A stretch of 64,000 bases of DNA from the human T2T-CHM13v2.0 reference genome, Homo sapiens: assembly GCF_009914755.1 (NCBI RefSeq), contig NC_060942.1, one strand, 5' to 3'. The notes under the pieces are model-generated. The model saw only the letters and a list, made by a program, of their open reading frames with translations. It was not told the DNA's origin and did no database searches. This document shows positions 38,555-53,800 of this stretch, in pieces (within the stretch, counting starts at the first letter, position 1; each line of letters opens with the position of its first letter). The translations under genes and the position numbers were made by a program.

Positions 38555-39023
38555 GGAGTCCTGTGTATGAGTGTGTGACTGATACACACACTCATGAATG
38601 TGCATCGGGGTCCTATGTATGAATGTGTGAGTGATACATACACTCATGAATGTGCATCGGGGTCCTATGGATGAATGTGTGAGTGATACATACGCTCATG
38701 AATGTGCGTTGGGATCCTATGTATGAATGTGTGAGTGATACATACACTCATGAATGTGCATCAGGGTCCTATGGATGAATGTGAATGATACATATGCTCA
38801 TGAATGTGGGTTGGGATCCTATGTATGAGTCTGTGAGTGATACACACACTCATGAATGTGCGTCGGGATCCTATGGATAAATGTGTGAGTGATACACACA
38901 CTCATAAATGTGCATCGGGGTCCTTTGTATGAATGTGTGAGTAATACATACACTCATGAATGTGCATCGGGGTCCTCTGTATGAGTGTGTGAATGGTACA
39001 TATACTCATGAGTGTGCATCAGG
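38555..39023 (+). repeat. 52-bp minisatellite (VNTR), 9 units
   Basis: Consensus GGGTCCTATGTATGAATGTGTGAGTGATACATACACTCATGAATGTGCATCG; TCCT recurs at 38559, 38611, 38663, 38715, 38767, 38817, 38869, 38921, 38973. Confidence 0.95.
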
Positions 39024-39264
39024 GCTTTTGTTTTTGTTGTACCAGCTAACAGCATCACACCAGCTATCCCGGTGTCACTGTCTTGTATCAACTGCTGTTC
39101 ACATCAGAGGGCGAGGACTAAGGCAACTACCCCCAATTCCCTGTGTGCCAAGGAAGTGGCCTAATGTCGTGGGTGAGATGGAGTATGAGCAACAGCAGAT
39201 GATCACATCCAGGGGTGCACCCCGCCCCTGGCATTTCCACCTGGCCCCTCAGTGGAAGAGGTTA

Positions 39265-39299
39265 GTGCAGTGAGAGATTTCTCCACGAGGTGGCGCTCA
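39265..39299 (+). promoter_or_regulatory. CTCF binding motif with upstream module
   Basis: Core TCTCCACGAGGTGGCGCTC closely fits the CCACYAGRKGGCGC consensus; TGCAG lies 12 bp upstream of CCAC. Confidence 0.72.
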
Positions 39300-40538
39300 T
39301 AGCTTAGCTTTATTTTTACTTTCATTGATGGGAAAATTTGCCCTGCTACCGCCGCCGGAGAACGCACATGACTTATGCTTTCTAATTCATGTGCAGATTT
39401 CGTGTACTGTCATGTTTGGGGTTCTATTGAATTTTGTACAATTACAACTTATTCTTTCCCTCTGGGACCTTGGCAAGCAACACTATACAAGGATAGGCAT
39501 TATAACCTGTCGGGTGGGGGGGCGGTGGGGGGTCATTATTTTATCACACACACAGAAACACACACACATATACACACTTGCTTTAGGGATAAATTCTGCC
39601 ATTTTATTTTTTCCTGGTCCTCATCGTGGTCAGAATGGTGTGACCAGCTGATACCCTTTGTTTACTAGAACCCAGTACAGCAACACCAGTTCAGTATTCA
39701 TGTCCATTACATGGTGGACAAAGCTTGGATTGGCAGCCTCAAAAAATGCTCACCCACCCTGAGGCTTAGCGATCAAAGCTCAGAGGAAAACAGCTGGTGG
39801 CAGGCTTGTCTTTAAAGGAGGATATCAGAACTGGTATGTGTGTGAGATGCTGTGGCTGGGTTTTACATGGTGGCTGTCTCTGAAGAAGCTACCTGTAGGG
39901 CTGAGCTGACTGAGGTGCTTGGAAGCCTTATAGTAATACTACTGGATATGATCCAGTTATTAGGGTTTAAAATAACAGATGTACAATATCATCCCTTTCC
40001 TCAAGGAAAAATCCAGTCTACTAGAGACGATAAGAAATTTAGTCAATCCAGTAACACAAAAGGTAGTTTCTGCTAAGTACATCATGTCAACAAATTTGCT
40101 CTGAGAGTTCATAGGAAAACCTATCCCTGTGTCTTGGAATACAACAGTGCCTCGCACAAGCAGAACTCAATATTAATTCCCTACAGCTGGGGAAGCGTTC
40201 AGGGAAGGATAGACCTAGGTCAGGCTTTGACAGGATTAGGAATCAGGCAGGGCAGGAGAGGGCATGACCGGGGAAGTGGGAAGGGAATTCTGTAATAGAT
40301 CATCTATGTAGACCTGGTAAACCTCGGATAGCTGGAGCTCAATTAATTGGCACCCTCAGTAATAGGTGGTTCCTTTAAAAATTCTATTTCATGAAAAGAC
40401 AAAATCACAGTAAGATGACAGTTCCTTACAGTATAGAAGGATGATGTCCCCGAAGCCCAGCAGAATGATTAATCTTTAAGGCAGTATTTATTTTTATTCT
40501 TATTAAATACTGAGAGTGACCTCATTCATTCAACACAT

Positions 40539-40742
40539 TTTTTTTTTTTTATTATACTTTAAGTTCTAGGGTACGTGTGCACAATGTGCAGGTTTGTTAC
40601 ATAGATATACATGTGCCATGTTTGTTTGCTGCACCCATCAACTCGTCATTTACATTAGGTATATCTCCTAATGCTATCCCTCCCCCAGCCCCCCACCCCC
40701 CAACAGGCCCCAGTGTGTGATGTTCCCTGCCCTGTGTCCATG
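40539..40742 (-). mobile_element. L1PA (PA7/8-like) short 3' fragment
   Basis: Poly-T then ATTATACTTTAAGTTCTAGGGTAC...; TSD CATTCAACACAT / CATTCAGCACAT; sits in an L2 tail. Confidence 0.92.
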
Positions 40743-41175
40743 CATTCAGCACATGTTTATGCAAATATTTATGAAAATATTTATGGAGTATTTTCATTGT
40801 GCTGAATGTTTTGTGGGAAACTAAGATGTATCAGGCAGGATTGTCTTCTCTGGAGACTTTGTGGTAGGAGAAAAGACAATAAATGTGAATATCACGATAA
40901 TGTCAGAGAAAAGACAAAGACTCTACGGTAAGTACGGAAAAGTATAGAGCAAGACAAAAATTATTTCAGCTGAGGGTTCAGTGGTAGGATGTATTCATAT
41001 AAAGATAAAAGGAGAGGAAGAGATTTTTGCATTAAGAAATGGCAAGCACAAAATAAAGAAGTCTGCAAGAAGAGACTGAATGGGGAACACAGAGTAGGAG
41101 AGCAGACATAGTGAGCAAGGCTGCTGCAAGCTTAGGTGAGAGCCATATGTCAGGCAGCTTTGCATGGCAGGTTAA

Positions 41176-41492
<317 letters not shown>

Positions 41493-42054
41493 AAAGAGTT
41501 TGAGTTCAGTAGGATTCTACATACTTTTGAGTAGACAGATAAGCTGATCTTTAGAAAGACCTGTGTTTCAAAAGATTAGCACATAATGCCAACATATAAG
41601 ATGGACTGACGGGGGGCAGAGAAAGGAGATAGAGGATTTGGTTAAAAGGCTATCCTATAGGCCCCGGAATGAATAGGACTTTATAAACTGACATTTATTG
41701 TTATCATTTTGGAACATATCAAAATCCGTTCCTCAAAATTAAAAAAAATCTAAGCATATATAATTCACCAGATCTGAAAAGAATGTGTTAAGGGTTACTA
41801 AAAGTGACTGAGAGCAGGAAGAAATGATGCAAGAAGTGAAGAGCAGAGCCATGGAGAAGTGGGGGTAGGGGGGCAGCTATTTCAGAATGTACCAGCATTT
41901 CCTGAAGGTGAGAGATATGCCCAGGAGAGCAGATACTAGATTCTTTGTTTACGACACTGGATGTGGGAACAGGTTTAAGCAGAGATGCTGGCAGAAGCTG
42001 TCACAGAATGAATTTGGTAGAGGAAAGCAGGGGACAGGGACCTCATCCAGAATT

Positions 42055-42280
42055 GTACCTTCAACAAGGTGGCTATAGTTAATGACGATATAGTCTCAAA
42101 AACTGCAGAGAGAGTGGATAAGTGTTGTCACCACAACAATGATAACTATGTGAGGTAATAAATTTGTTAGCTAGATGTAAGCATTCCAGAATGTCTGTAT
42201 ACCTCAAAACATTAATGTTGTACATGATGCTTACACTGTCAATTTTTGAAACACATTAAAACTTAAATTTAAAAAATGAA
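42055..42280 (+). mobile_element. L1MA 3' terminal fragment
   Basis: CTATAGTTAATGAC...CACCACAACAATGATAACTATGTGAGGTAAT...ATACCTCAAAACAT. Confidence 0.75.
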
Positions 42281-42984
42281 AAAAATTGTACCTATGAGCC
42301 ACATTTGCAAGAATTTATCTTTTCTGCAGCATCACAGATTGCATTGTAAATATCTGCTAGTCAGCCCCTCTCCCATAAAGAACACTCCTCCCCAGATTAA
42401 AAGGGCTTCCTGCAAATAGCCAGCCCAGGGATTCAATGATAACCAAGAAAAATGAGACCAAGTACTAAATAAACATAAAGGTACTTTAAGAATAAATGAA
42501 GCAAAAGAGCATCAAAACTGCTAACAAAGGATGAATATTGACTGGAAAAAAATGTTTCCATAGAGTAGAAAAACATTGTGACCAAATATTTTACTGCACA
42601 TTGAAAGAAAAACATACACAAAGTATCACCTCTACAAATAAAGAATTAAAAAAAAAAGTAAGAATGCAAGAAAGAGATGGCAAGATAATATGAGAACACA
42701 AAGTATGAGGGGTCACATCTTAGAAAGTAGAAAAATAGCCATCAAAGAAACGAAAACAAAATTGTAAGAAACACAGTGGATGACATGTTTCATGAAAAAC
42801 ACAATAAAGGACATAGAGGAAGAAATGAGAGAAATTGTAAAAATAAATGTAATTTTTAAAAATATGTAGAGGCATATATATTTTGCTGTAATTAGAAAAG
42901 AATGGCAAAGGAGATTCAACATTGGCATAATTGGTGTCTCTAAGATGAAAATTTTTAAAAATGGAAAAGTGAAAAAAAAATTTA

Positions 42985-43293
<309 letters not shown>

Positions 43294-43328
43294 TTAATAA
43301 AATTTTATCTAAATAAAAATGACTTAAA

Positions 43329-43621
<293 letters not shown>

Positions 43622-43908
43622 AAAAATGACTTAAATAGCTATGTCAAAAGTTCACACCACATGATAGAAAACATAGACCTAGAATGATCAATACTGAAAT
43701 ATAACCAAGTAAATCTGTGAGGTGTAAATATTTTAAAACATTTTCAAAAGTTCGTATAAAGGAATTAGTCAGTTCTCAAATTCCTCTACAGCAGAATTTC
43801 ATGTCAAAGTGTAACAGTGAAAATCTTAAAAAAAAAAAAAGTCAAGGAGAGAAAATATGTTATGAATTTTCTATGCGGCAAAACTGTCCAAGTATACAAG
43901 CTATAGAC

Positions 43909-44292
43909 TATTAAAAGGAAAACTTTAGGCAAATTAAATTTAACAGAGTTTAACTGAGCAGAGAACAAATTGAGAATCAGCCAATCCCTCTCCCCACAGC
44001 CAGAATAGATTCAGAATGACTCTGGCGTTGTCACTCGGCTAGAGAGGATTTATGGACAGAAAACAGAACCAAAGTGCTGAAATAGCTGGGATTGATTACA
44101 GCAGGCATTTGCCCTATTTGAACATAGTTTGAACAGTTGGTCATCCTTGATTGACCAAAACTCTGTTATTGGTACAAGAATGGATAGTCAGTTTACATAT
44201 CCAGTTAGGTTACAGTTCACTATGTACGAAGAAACCTTTGGGCCAAACTTAAAACATGTAACAGGCAGCTTTAAGCTAAACTTAATTTAACA
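43909..44292 (-). mobile_element. MER57B solo LTR
   Basis: Reverse strand begins TGTTAAATTAAGTTTAGCTTAAAGCTGCC...GTACATAGTGAACTGTAACCTAACTGGAT. Confidence 0.85.
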
Positions 44293-44886
44293 GTACAAAA
44301 ATTATGAATATTCAGGAACTAAGGAAATGCAGTTTTTATGAGCCCTTTCTGATGAATCTTTTAGAGGATAAACTTATGTTAGCTGAGGGATAACTAGGAA
44401 GATTAAAACAAAAGGCAGGAAACATTGAATATATTTCACTCTAGAATTAACACTAATACAAACTTGGAGATTAGAGAAATGAATTCTAAGTCTCATGTGT
44501 TCAGACCATGTAGGAGTGCTATAACTAACAAACAATTGAAGGATGTTAGAAAGAAGATGAGTAGTAGAATAGTTTTGCTGACAGTTCCACTAAATATTAG
44601 GCAAAGGCCATTTTTTAAAATCGAAGGTATTAGGAGAATTGGCATACTTAAGTGTACAAAGATAAACATTAAGAAAGATAATATTGTTACCTAAAACATA
44701 GGTGGTCAGAGAAGAGGAAATGTGCTAATTTTATCATTGTTCAGAATAATAAATTAATATGTATGGTTTAAAGAAACAAAGAACAAAGGGGATTATGTAC
44801 AATTATACATAACATTTTTCTATATCAGAATAAATATACCCAAAAATTCAAGCAAAAAAAATACTACACAATAAAAGAAAATCTCA

Positions 44887-45240
<354 letters not shown>

Positions 45241-47397
45241 CCCATAAAACTAAATGGTAGATATAAGATGAACGTATTTCTTATATTAATTGATGAAGGG
45301 AACTTAACTCATTTCTCAGAAGAAGGAATTTCGAAGTGGATCAGAAAAACAAACCAAACTGTATGGTATATAGAAAACATAAGACAAAGTAATTCTGTAA
45401 AATTGAAAATTAGAGGTTTGAGTAAAGTTGTGCTAAAAAATGCAACAAAACAAAAAACAAAGCCAACCAACCAAACAAAATAAGATAAAAACTGACGAAA
45501 CAAAATAAAACAAACAAGAAAAGAAACAAGAAAAAAAAGTAAACAAGCAAGAGTCTTAACATTAAAAATAGTAGAATTTAGGCAAAAATAAGGATTTAAT
45601 ATAACGAAAGGCAGTTTTATCCTATAGTGTGCACCTCATGAGTCTTTAATAATTATGCTTATCTACACATCAAATACCAATGGCACTCACGTTATAAAGT
45701 ACAAATTACAAGAGATAAATAAAAAGGAAAGAAGAAACACAAGCACTAAGGGACTTTAATTCACCTCTTTCAATCTTTGATAGAGGAAGTGGAACATTGT
45801 GGGAAACAAAATAGTATGATTCACAGGTAGATAAGATGGATGTATCTCAAACTATACTTTGAAAATAGAGAACGCACATTTCTTCCATGTTTCTAGGGGA
45901 TATTTAAAAAACTTAACTATAGAATAGGTCAATAGAGAAAAATCTCAATATGTTCCAGGAGGTAATGCAGACACAGTCATTTTTCACAATGTAATAAGAA
46001 TAAAGCTTAACAACAAAATCAAATAATAAAATGTGCCTTCTAACTGGGATTTTTTAAAAGTTCTCTTATTCAACTTCTCCAGCAATAATGTCATATAATC
46101 AAAATATCATAATTTCTTAACAATAATTAATACACAGTGATTCAAACAACTTGACATGTAAAATATAGGCAAAGAAGTGAGGAAAAGAAAATTCACAGTT
46201 TTAAATATTTATATCAATAAGTATGCATGAATAAAATAAGTTAGATATCCAATTCAAAAAGTTAGTAAAACAGCAATAAACTACACTGAGGAAAAGCATA
46301 AAGAAGAAATTATTGTAAGTAAAATTGGAAATTAATCAATTGGAAAACTGAAAATCACAAACTTAAGCTACTTCCAAAAGCTGGCACTTTACAAAATAAT
46401 AGAATAAATAAGGTAACAGGTAATCTAAACAAAGAGAAAAATATCTATTTCAGGAGAAGAGACAGGTAAGCAAAATATATAAAATAAGAAAATGAAAAAG
46501 GGAAATAACTACATAATTATAGAAAAATTTAAATCTACCTATGTTTTACCCAACTTCATGTAAATAATTTTGAAAATTTCATTTAAGTCAGTTATTTTCT
46601 AGGAAAAATAATTGATCAAAATTGACCCCAGAAGAGATAAAACTTATAATTTTGTTAATTTGAACAGAAGAAATAGGTAAACACACTAGATTCAGTTTTT
46701 CATATAGAGGAATTCAATCAAATCTTTAAAGAACATTTCAATTCTTCAAGAACAAAAATAAAAAAATCCATATTTTTAATGAAGTGAATAAACTATTGCT
46801 GTCAAAGCCTGATAAAGACTGTACTGAAAAGAAAGTTATAGAAAAATACCACATATGAAGATTAACTATCCCAAGTAAATCACAAATAAGCAGAATTCAG
46901 TACCTCATTAAAAGATTCATATATCTGAGGAAATAGATTTATTTTCTAGGAATGCAAGGTCCTCAGTATTAGAAAAATGAAATAATGTACCATTATAATT
47001 GACTGAAGGAGCAAAACAGACACTGAAAATGTTGATAACATTCAACAATTATTATTGCTCAAAACAGCAAAAAATATCAATTTTCAACGTAATAAAATAT
47101 ACCTATCTTAGCCCAAAGTCAACGGTATGTTTAATGAGGGAAATACTAGAGATAATTCCTCTGAAGTCAGAAACTAAACATGATTACATAATTACTAGGT
47201 AACATTAGTTACTGCTGGTATTCACCAACACAATTAGAAAAGAAATTAGAAAGCTAGAAACAAAAAATAAACCTATGAAAAGTTGGAGTTGATATGATGA
47301 ATAATCTAAGGTAAGAAACAGAAATACGCAACAAAGAGTAAGAATATTCAATAAAATAGTGGAGTAAAAAAATAGCACACAGAAATTCATAGCTTTC

Positions 47398-48599
<1,202 letters not shown>

Positions 48600-48799
48600 T
48601 CATAGCTTTCATATACACAAACAACTTCTAGTTAGAACATATAATGGAAGAAATACTCCATTTACAAGAGTAACTATAAAGGGAAAATACTTATGAATAA
48701 AAATAATAAATGTGTACAATCTATAGGAAAAAAACTTTGCAGCAGTTCTAAAAGACATAAAGGAACAATGGAACAAATGGAAAGAAATTTGATAGTCTA

Positions 48800-49221
48800 T
48801 TAATTATATTTGTGCTACTGGGCATAAAAAAGTTGAGCCTAAAATATATAGTAAGGTAAGTATATTAAAATTAATTTCTTGTTCATGTAACAATCTGAGG
48901 CAGGTATCCATTGTAGGAGGGTGGTCATCCATGAGTGATTTATGGACCCAGACTCCTTCCATCTTGTTGATTTTCTATCTCCTAGAACTGCCTGGTTGTC
49001 CACCTCCAGATTGCAGATGGGAGAAAGAGAACATGGCACAGACACCCTCTTTGTGAATACCTTGGCCTGGAAGTGACACAATATATCTGTTCACCTTCCG
49101 CTGGTAAAAACTAGTCACATGACCCCACCTAGATAAAGAGTGGCTGGAAAATGTAGTCCATAGCTGGGCAGCTACTTTCCAGCAGCAACAGTGAAACTAT
49201 TTTGGTGACTATCTTTGTCAC
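48800..49221 (-). mobile_element. MLT1J/I-like MaLR LTR
   Basis: GGACCCAGACTCCTTCCATCTTG...TTGGCCTGGAAGTGACACA...CTAGTCACATGACCCCACCTAG...GGCTGGAAAATGTAGTC. Confidence 0.78.
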
Positions 49222-49378
49222 ACACATGTCCTTGTACAGGCAGAATCAATGTTATAACAATATCAATGAACTCATGTTAATTTTAAATGTAAAGTAGCTC
49301 AGCATTATGAATTGTTTGCTGAAATAGACAAGACACTTTTAAAGCTCATATGGGAAACTGAAAAATAAGTATAGCTAG

Positions 49379-49688
49379 GGCTGGGTGCGGTGACTCTTGC
49401 CTGTAATCCTAGCACTTTGGGAAGCTGAGGTGGGTGAATTACCTGAGCTCAGGAGTTCAAGACCAGCTTGGGCAGCCCCATCTGGTTTCAAAATGGTGAA
49501 ATACTGTCTCTACTAGAAATTCAAAAAATTGACCAGATATAGTGGTGCACACCTGTATTTCCAGCTACTCAGGAGGCTGAGGCATGAGAATTGTTTGAAT
49601 ACCGGAGGCAGAAGTTGCTGGGAGCGGAGATGGCACCACTGACCTCCAGGCTGGGTGACAGAGTAAGACTCTGTCTCCAGAAAAAAAG
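49379..49688 (+). mobile_element. Old Alu (J/S) with 16-nt internal insertion
   Basis: Full Alu; TSD core AAGTATAGCT on both sides. Confidence 0.92.
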
Positions 49689-49897
49689 TATAGCTGGAAA
49701 AATTTTGAAAAAAGAAGAAAAATGAGAGGAAAATAGCTTTGATATGCATGAAAATTTATTATTAAGCCACAATAATTATAATAGTGGGTTAACAGTGCAT
49801 AAATTGATGAATAAACCAAAGGAAAATGATTGAAAACCTAGAAATAGTTTAAAATGAATATGAGCAAATTTAGAATACAATATTTCAGTATAATAAA

Positions 49898-50273
49898 TGA
49901 TATGTTTTGGCTGTGTTTCCACTCAAAACTCATCTTGAATTGCAGTTCCCATGATCCCCATGTGATATGGGAGGAACCCTGTGAGAGGTAATTGAATCGT
50001 GGAGGGGATTAGCCCCATGCTGTTCTTGTGATAGTGAGTGATGAGTTCTCAGGAGATCAGATAGTTTTGTAAGGGGCTTTCTCCCCCTTGGTCAGCACTT
50101 CTCTCTCCAGCTGCCATGTGAAGAAGGATGTGTTTGTGTCCCGTACTGCCATGATTGTAAGTTTCCTGAGGCTTCCCTAGCCATGTGGAACTGAGTCAAT
50201 TACCCAGTCTTTCCTTTCTAAATTACCCAGTCTCAGGTAGTTATTTATAGCAATGTGATAACAGATTAATACA
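49898..50273 (+). mobile_element. THE1C/D solo LTR
   Basis: TGATATGTTTTGGCTGTGT...CCATGATTGTAAGTTTCCTGAGGC...ATTAATACA; 5-bp TSD ATAAA. Confidence 0.92.
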
Positions 50274-50820
50274 ATAAATCACTGGGGAAAATGATAGAAT
50301 AGCAGAATAAACTCTGAACAGATTATAAATTTAAGGATAAGAAATGAAACCATAAAAATAAAAAGAAAAATTGTGGAAATATTTTTTAATCTTAGTTTTG
50401 GGAAGATCTTTCTGGTTGTAATTCAAAATTTGTGAAGTCATAAAAAATATTTGTCTAATTGAACCAAAAAAAAAATTAAAAGTGTTCTATATAGCACTTT
50501 TGGTCTTCTAGTACATTGTCTTTCATTTCAGGCCTAAACAAATGATTCAATTTAATTGCAGTAATAATAATGGAACATTTACAACCAAGTTAATGCATGA
50601 ATAGGCAATACCAATTACATCAGAACTACCAGTTGGTTGACAGTTTAACCACTGATTGTAAAATCAAAGATGTAAAAAGCTTTTGAGATAGAAGTGTCAA
50701 TATTAATGATATCTATAGTACAAAATATATACTTGTATTATTGAAAGTAGAGCAAGCATTCTATGTACCAGTTTGAATCTAAGATAATTAATTTTTAATA
50801 ATTAATTGAACATAATTTCA

Positions 50821-53800
50821 GTTCCAAAATGGTGTTGTAAACACAAGCTGGCTGCCACCACAGAAAACCAAAAACAAATATACAATGCCAAGATTATCAC
50901 CAGCAATATCCCAGAACTCAAATATGAAAATGAGTCAGTTCCTGGGGCCATGGAGAAGTGAAAAAAACTCTGAGCAGATGGTAAAAGAATTGGATTTCCA
51001 TATCTGCAAGACCCCTCCCCTACATCTGCCCAGCACCAAGCATGCAGAAAATTTCTTCTGACTCATGGTTTCTACACTGGAAAAAGTTAGATTGAGGTGG
51101 ACAATCAGCTTCCCCACTATCTTGGGTTTACTGGCAGGAGACCTGTTTCTGCCTCAACACATGGGCAGCATCATGAGTGCCTGAAGGGAAAAATATCTCC
51201 GAGGACATCAAGAGAAAAAGGAGGAAGGTGAGACTTCCATCCAGCCCTGGAAACCCTGGTCCGTAACTCAGGCAAAAGAGACACCAAATCAGAGTGGCTG
51301 TTCAGCACCACCAGGCTGTAGGAAGTATGTTCCACAGGTCCCATGGACACAAATCCCTAACCAGCCTTCTCATACTGCTGCAATATGCCCTTTGGGACCT
51401 CCCACATTCTGGAGGAACAGCGCTCTGATTGTGTGCTAGAGCCAAGGCAAATCTGGGCTTAAAGTGCCATCTAATGCTGACAGTGACCTAGCAGAAAAAA
51501 AAAATTAAGAAATTCAACAAGTAAATTACTAAGAACCTCTAAGCAAACATATACAACACCCACCACCAACAACAAAAAGCAAGACAGAGAAGATAGTAAT
51601 AAATAACTAACCTTTTAATGCAAATACATATATTTATCTCCACAAAAACAACAGCAGAAAACCATGACCTCCCTAGATGAACAAAGCAAAGAACCAGCAT
51701 TGGACAGAAAGAAGATGGAAACTTGTGAGCTCTTTGACCTAGAATTCAAAATAGTACTTTTAAGAAAACTCAGTGAATTACACCATAACACAAAAAATCA
51801 ATTCAGAAATTTATTGGAGAAATACAACAGAAATTGAAATAATAAAAAATATCAAATGGAAATCTTAGACTGAGAAATATGTTTGATAAACTAAAAAATT
51901 AATTAGAGGTTCTCAACAGCAGAATGGATCAATCAGAAGGAAGAATCAGTGAACTTGAAGACAGTCTATTTGACATTACAGTCAGAAGAGGAAAAGAAAA
52001 AAGAATGAAAAGGAATGAAGATTGCCTACGAGATATAGCAAATTATCTCCAAGGACCGAATCCAAAAACTATTGGTATTCAAGAGGGAGTTGAAAAAGAC
52101 AAGAGGGTAGAAAGTTTATTCAAAGAAACAAAAACAGAAAACTTTTCAGAAATTAAGAAAGATATAAATATTCAGTTACAAGAAGGTTAGAGAACATCAA
52201 ACAGATTTAATCTAATGAGACCACCCCAAGGCATATAATCAAATTCTCAAAGGTTGAGGAAAAAGGGGATCCTAAAAGAAGAAACAGAAAAGAAACAGAT
52301 AATATATAAGGGAACTCCAATTCATCAGGCAACAATCTTCTCAACAGAAGCGATACAGGCCAGGAGGGAGTGGGATGGCAGTTTCAAAGTGCTAAAAGAA
52401 AAAAACTTGCCATCTAAGAATACTGTATTTAGCAAAGCTTGCCATCCAAGAATACTGTATTTAGCAAAGCTATCCTTCAAATATGAAAAAGAGATAAAGT
52501 TTTTTCAGATGAATGAAAGCTGAGAGAATTCACCACCACCAGATCTGACTTATAAGAAATGCTAAAGGGAGTTCTTAAGTCTGAAAAAAAATACTAATGT
52601 GAAAAAAGAAAATGTTTGAAGGTATAAAACCCACTGGTAAAATTAAGCACAAAGGTAACTCCATAATACTCCAATACTGTAGTTGTGGTATGCAATCCAC
52701 TCATAACTTTGGTATGAAGCCTAAAAGACTAATCTATCAAAAACAATAACAGCAACAGCAACCTGGTGAGAGATGGGCAATATAAAAAGATGTAAATTGA
52801 GACAATGAAAGATCAAAATGTGGGGAGATGAAGTTAAAATATAAACTTTTGGTTTTTTCTTCATTTGTTTCTATTCTTTTTCAAGATTTAAAATTAGTTA
52901 TCATCTCTTTGAAATAACTTGTTATATCTATAAGATTTTTTTTTAAATGCCAGAGTAGCTACAATGCAAAAATCTGCAGCAGATACACTAAAAACAAAAA
53001 AGTAATGAATTATAATATACTACCAGAGAAAATAATTTAACCAAAAAGGAAGACAGTAAGAAATAAAGAAAGGAAGAGAGGAGTTCCAAACAACCAGAAG
53101 ACCAGCAATACAATGGCAATAGTAAGTCCTTACTTATCATTAATAACACTGAATATAACTGGACTCAATTCACCAATTAAAAGCCATAGAGTGGCTGAAT
53201 AGATGAAGAAACAAGACTGAACTATATGTTGCCTACAAGAAACCAACTTCACCTATAAAGACACATAAGAACTGAAAGTAAGAGATAGAAAAGATATCCC
53301 ATGCAAGTGAAAACTAAAAAAGAGCAGGAGTAGCTATGCAGATATCAGATAAAACAGACAAGTCTGAGACTGTAAAAAGAGATGATGAAAGTCATTCTAT
53401 AATGATAAAAAGAACTCAGTTCAAAAAGAGGATATAACAATCATAAATAGCTATGCACCCAACACCAGAGCACCCAATTATATAAAGCAAACATTAATAG
53501 ATCTAAAAGGAGAGTAGACTGCAATATAGTAATAATAGGGGACTTCAACACCCCATTCTCAGTAATGGGCAGATCATCTAGACAGAAATTCAGCAAAGAA
53601 ACATCAGAGTTAGCATTTTACCTAACTGTTGCAAAATACATTCTTTTTATCAGCACATGGAACATTCTCCAGAAGACCATATTTCAGGCCACAAAATAAG
53701 TCTCAACAGATTCAAAAAAGCAGAAATCTTATCAACTATATTTTCTGAACACAATGGACTAAAATTAGAAACCAATAACTAGAAGAACCTCAGAAACAAC

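Noticed and set aside
38555-39023. CRISPR-like array (regular repeats with internal palindromes)
   Set aside because: Units are contiguous with no unique spacers, there are no cas genes, and the context is primate DNA. It is a minisatellite.
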